A stretch of DNA of 33,275 nt, from assembly GCA_013213875.1 (NCBI GenBank), contig JABSSV010000369.1, forward strand, positions 1 to 33,275, written 5' to 3'. The number at the start of each line of letters is the position of its first letter. Within the stretch, counting starts at the first letter, position 1. A program made the translations under genes and the position numbers. Source of the DNA: Lysobacterales bacterium (GTDB lineage Bacteria; Pseudomonadota; Gammaproteobacteria; Xanthomonadales; SZUA-36). Below, in pieces: positions 30,354 to 33,275 of this stretch. The notes beneath the pieces are model-generated. The model did not search any database, was not told where the DNA came from, and was given only the letters and a program-made list of their open reading frames with translations.

Positions 30354-30443
30354 AACCGGATCTCCTGCTTCGCAGCGGCGTTAAAAAACACTGCGAAAGC
30401 ATACCGAATTGTGCTGGCTGCGGGGTGAGAAAAATGCGGCTAA

Positions 30444-30467
30444 GCCGGGCTGCGTGAGCAGCCCGGC
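30444..30467 (-). terminator. Hairpin after etfA (possible terminator or stabiliser)
   Basis: GCCGGGCTGC-gtga-GCAGCCCGGC perfect 10-bp stem with a weak U tail. Confidence 0.55.
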
Positions 30468-30479
30468 CCGGAGTCTGTG

Positions 30480-31415
30480 CTAATCCAGAAGCTGTTCGAG
30501 CTCCGGTATCACGCTGAACAGATCGCCCACCAGGCCAATGTCAGCGATTTCAAAGATGGGTGCATCGGCGTCCTTGTTCACGGCCACGATGGTACCCGCA
30601 TCCTTGATACCCGTCAGGTGCTGGATGGCGCCGGAGATACCTACGGCCAGGTAAAGATCAGGCGCGATGATCTTGCCCGTCTGTCCGACCTGCATGTCGT
30701 TGGGTACATAGCCAGCGTCGACCGCCGCTCGGGAAGCGCCTACACCGGCTCCCAGCTTGTCAGCAAGGCGGTAAATCAGGTCGAAATTCTCACTGCTACC
30801 CAGTGCGCGTCCACCGGAAACCACCACGTCAGCAGTCTGCAGGTCAGGACGGTCACCGCCCCCGGATTCCAGCCCAACATAGCGCGTATGGGCCGCGGCT
30901 TCGCTGGCCGCCGGGCGGGCCTCAATGGTCGCTGCGCCACTTTGGTCTGCCGCCTTCCAGGAAGCGGTCCGGGCGGTACCAACCACGGTCTGGTTGTCCG
31001 GCACATGGACGTCCACAATGGCATTGCCGGCATAGATGGGGCGCTTGAAGTCGCGCGGTCCATCGACCGTCATGATGTCGCTAACCTGATTGACACCCAG
31101 CAGCGCTGCCGCATGGGGAATCACGTCTTTACCGTAGGTCGATGAAGGGCCCAGCACGTGGTCGTATTCCGCGGCGGCCGCAGCCAGTTCGGCCGCATGG
31201 TTGGCCGCCAGCGGTGCGGCCAGATGCGGCGCATCGGTCACCAGTACCCGTTGTACACCGGCCAGCTGTGCGGCCTGCGCGGCGACTGCGTCCATACCGG
31301 AACCCAGGACCAGAACGTCGATCGGACCTCCTATGGCGCTGGCGCAGGTAACGGTTTTGGCGGTGGCAGGGTTCAGGGCCTGACCATCGTGTTCAGCGAG
31401 GATCAAAATACTCAT
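30480..31415 (-). CDS. etfA: Electron transfer flavoprotein alpha subunit
   Basis: [32 protein letters not shown] and [11 protein letters not shown] at 31415 fits the GGAG spacing. Confidence 0.97.
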   Translation of the reverse strand: MSILILAEHDGQALNPATAKTVTCASAIGGPIDVLVLGSGMDAVAAQAAQLAGVQRVLVTDAPHLAAPLAANHAAELAAAAAEYDHVLGPSSTYGKDVIPHAAALLGVNQVSDIMTVDGPRDFKRPIYAGNAIVDVHVPDNQTVVGTARTASWKAADQSGAATIEARPAASEAAAHTRYVGLESGGGDRPDLQTADVVVSGGRALGSSENFDLIYRLADKLGAGVGASRAAVDAGYVPNDMQVGQTGKIIAPDLYLAVGISGAIQHLTGIKDAGTIVAVNKDADAPIFEIADIGLVGDLFSVIPELEQLLD

Positions 31416-31427
31416 GGTCATATCTCC

Positions 31428-32177
31428 TTACAGCAATCCGCGATTTTTCAGTTCACCCACCAGGGCGCCGGCATCATCCACCATAATGCCGCGACTGCGT
31501 GCCTGCGGCGGCTCATGGTGTCCAGCCTCAATGGCATGGCCGGCATCACCGCCAAGCGTATCAATGGCGATAACATCCAGCGGCTTGCGCTTGGCCTTCA
31601 TGATGTCCGGCAGTTTCACAAAACGCGGTTCATTCAGACGCAGGTCGGAGGTAATAACGGCCGGCAGATCGATCTCAATGGTTTCCAGGCCGGCATCAAC
31701 TTCCCGTGTCACGGTGGCCGTGCTGCCCTCAAGCACCACTTTCGAGGCAAAGGTGGCTTGCGGACGACCCCAGACGGCGGCCAGCATCTGCCCGACCTGA
31801 TTGCTGTCATCGTCGATGGCCTGTTTGCCCAGCATGACCAGGCCGACGTCTTCCTGCTCGGCCAGCGCCTTCAGCACCTGAGCCAGGGTCAAGGGCTGCA
31901 AGGTACTGGAATCTGCCTCTACCTGAATGGCGCGGTCTGCACCCATGGCCAGGCCTGTACGCAGTTGCTGCTGCACATCCTGACCGCCGACCGAGACCAC
32001 GATGACCTCGCTGGCCTTGCCCGCTTCCTTAATGCGCAGTGCCTCTTCCAGAGCGATTTCATCGAAGGGGTTGATACTCATTTTGACCCCGTCCGTTTCC
32101 ACCCCGCTGCCGTCCGAACGCACGCGGATGCGGACGTTATAGTCCACGGCGCGCTTAATGCCGACCAGTATTTTCAT
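31428..32177 (-). CDS. etfB: Electron transfer flavoprotein beta subunit
   Basis: SINPFDEIALEEA, GKQAIDDD and DLRLNEPR. Confidence 0.97.
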   Translation of the reverse strand: MKILVGIKRAVDYNVRIRVRSDGSGVETDGVKMSINPFDEIALEEALRIKEAGKASEVIVVSVGGQDVQQQLRTGLAMGADRAIQVEADSSTLQPLTLAQVLKALAEQEDVGLVMLGKQAIDDDSNQVGQMLAAVWGRPQATFASKVVLEGSTATVTREVDAGLETIEIDLPAVITSDLRLNEPRFVKLPDIMKAKRKPLDVIAIDTLGGDAGHAIEAGHHEPPQARSRGIMVDDAGALVGELKNRGLL

Positions 32178-32204
32178 GAAGCGTCCTCCGGAATCTATGA
32201 TTCC

Positions 32205-33275
32205 TTACATGTTTTGGTAGTTGGGTCCCGCAGCGCCCTCAGGCGTCACCCAGTTAATGATCTGGTACGGGTCCTTGATGTCACAGGTCTTGCAGTGCAC
32301 ACAGTTGGCGCTGTTGATCTGCAAGCGTTTGCCTTGCTCTTCCTCCACCATTTCGTACACATGCGCGGGGCAAAAGCGGGTACAGGGATTGCCGAATTCT
32401 TCCAGGCACTGGGTAATGCAGATATCCGGCTCCAGGATCTGCAGGTGCACCGGCTGATCCTCATCATGTTCCGTGGCCGCAAAGTAAACCGAGGCCAGAC
32501 GGTCGCGCGGGGGCAGGGCACGGTCGACCCAGTGCCGGTCCGGCGCATGATAATCGGCGCGGCGCACCAATTGCGTGTGGTCGGCGTGATTATTCAGCGT
32601 GCGCGGCAGGCGACCGCCGGTGACCGTTTCCACGGCCGCGGTGAGCAGGCCGCGCCACAGGCCCTTGTTAAAGCCGGGGCGGATGTTGCGCACCTTGTGC
32701 AGTTCTTCCACTACGGGTGAGGCTCGCAGCGCCGCATCAAAACCGGCCGCAGACTTCTGTCCGTGCAAGTGCTCCGCCGCCAGCATGCCGGAGCGCAGCG
32801 CCTGGTGGGTGCCTTTGATCTTCGGCACATTCAGCAGGCCTGCGGCGTCGCCAATCAAAAGCGCGCCGGGCATCTCAACGCGCGGCAGGGACTGAAAGCC
32901 TCCCTCTACCAGCGCACGTGCGCCGCTGGAGATGATTTCACCGCCCTCCAGCAGATCACGCACCTTCGGATGGTGCTTCAGCTGTTGGAACGCCTCGAAA
33001 GGTACAAAATCCGGATCGGCGTAATCGAGGCCGCACACAAAGCCCAGGGCGATGCGGTCGTCATCCAGATGGTAAATAAAGCTGCCGCCGTAGATCGCCG
33101 GGTCCAGCGGCCAGCCCATGGTGTGCTGTACCTTGCCGGGCGTTGCCTTGCCGGGCGCAACCTTCCACAGCTCTTTCATGCCGATGCCATAGGTTTGCGG
33201 GTCGGCGTCCTGATCCAGCTCAAAGCGTTTGATGAGCTGCTTGCTCAGATGTCCGCGACACCCTTCGCCCAGCAC
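32205..33275 (-). CDS. ETF-ubiquinone oxidoreductase (partial; N-terminus outside the window)
   Basis: EGCRGHL, GDAAGLLNVPKIKGTH, and 4Fe-4S cysteines FCPA...NCVHCKTCDIKDP. Confidence 0.96.
   Translation of the reverse strand: MLGEGCRGHLSKQLIKRFELDQDADPQTYGIGMKELWKVAPGKATPGKVQHTMGWPLDPAIYGGSFIYHLDDDRIALGFVCGLDYADPDFVPFEAFQQLKHHPKVRDLLEGGEIISSGARALVEGGFQSLPRVEMPGALLIGDAAGLLNVPKIKGTHQALRSGMLAAEHLHGQKSAAGFDAALRASPVVEELHKVRNIRPGFNKGLWRGLLTAAVETVTGGRLPRTLNNHADHTQLVRRADYHAPDRHWVDRALPPRDRLASVYFAATEHDEDQPVHLQILEPDICITQCLEEFGNPCTRFCPAHVYEMVEEEQGKRLQINSANCVHCKTCDIKDPYQIINWVTPEGAAGPNYQNM

Overview
GC-rich Gammaproteobacterial chromosomal window. The gene content and order resemble Xanthomonadales or Wenzhouxiangella-like bacteria, which is an inference only. 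The left 14 kb (- strand) is the conserved rpsB-tsf-pyrH-frr-uppS-cdsA-dxr-rseP-bamA-skp-lpxD-fabZ-lpxA-lpxB superoperon, preceded by a recognisable S2 (t44-like) leader and promoter. The remainder is an amino-acid catabolism neighbourhood: a 2-oxoacid (probably branched-chain) dehydrogenase E1a/E1b/E2, tryptophan 2,3-dioxygenase, a MarR regulator with a clear palindromic operator, hppD-hmgA-fahA-maiA, DUF4398 and OmpA-domain lipoproteins, a YdcH/DUF465-like protein, cystathionine beta-synthase and gamma-lyase, acetoacetate-CoA ligase, and etfA/etfB/ETF-QO. I found no mobile elements, CRISPR arrays, tRNA or rRNA genes, and no clearly new multi-gene system. The best oddities are: (1) a subclass B3 metallo-beta-lactamase gene with an apparent internal deletion and frameshift, lying between metB and etfA where Xanthomonas keeps its variable LPS cluster; (2) a BamA loop insertion with a Cys pair and a canonical EF-hand-type Ca2+ loop; (3) a histone H1-like Lys/Ala tail on ribosomal protein S2; (4) a long leader with mutually exclusive helices upstream of the YdcH-like gene. 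All calls come from reading motifs by eye; no searches were run.
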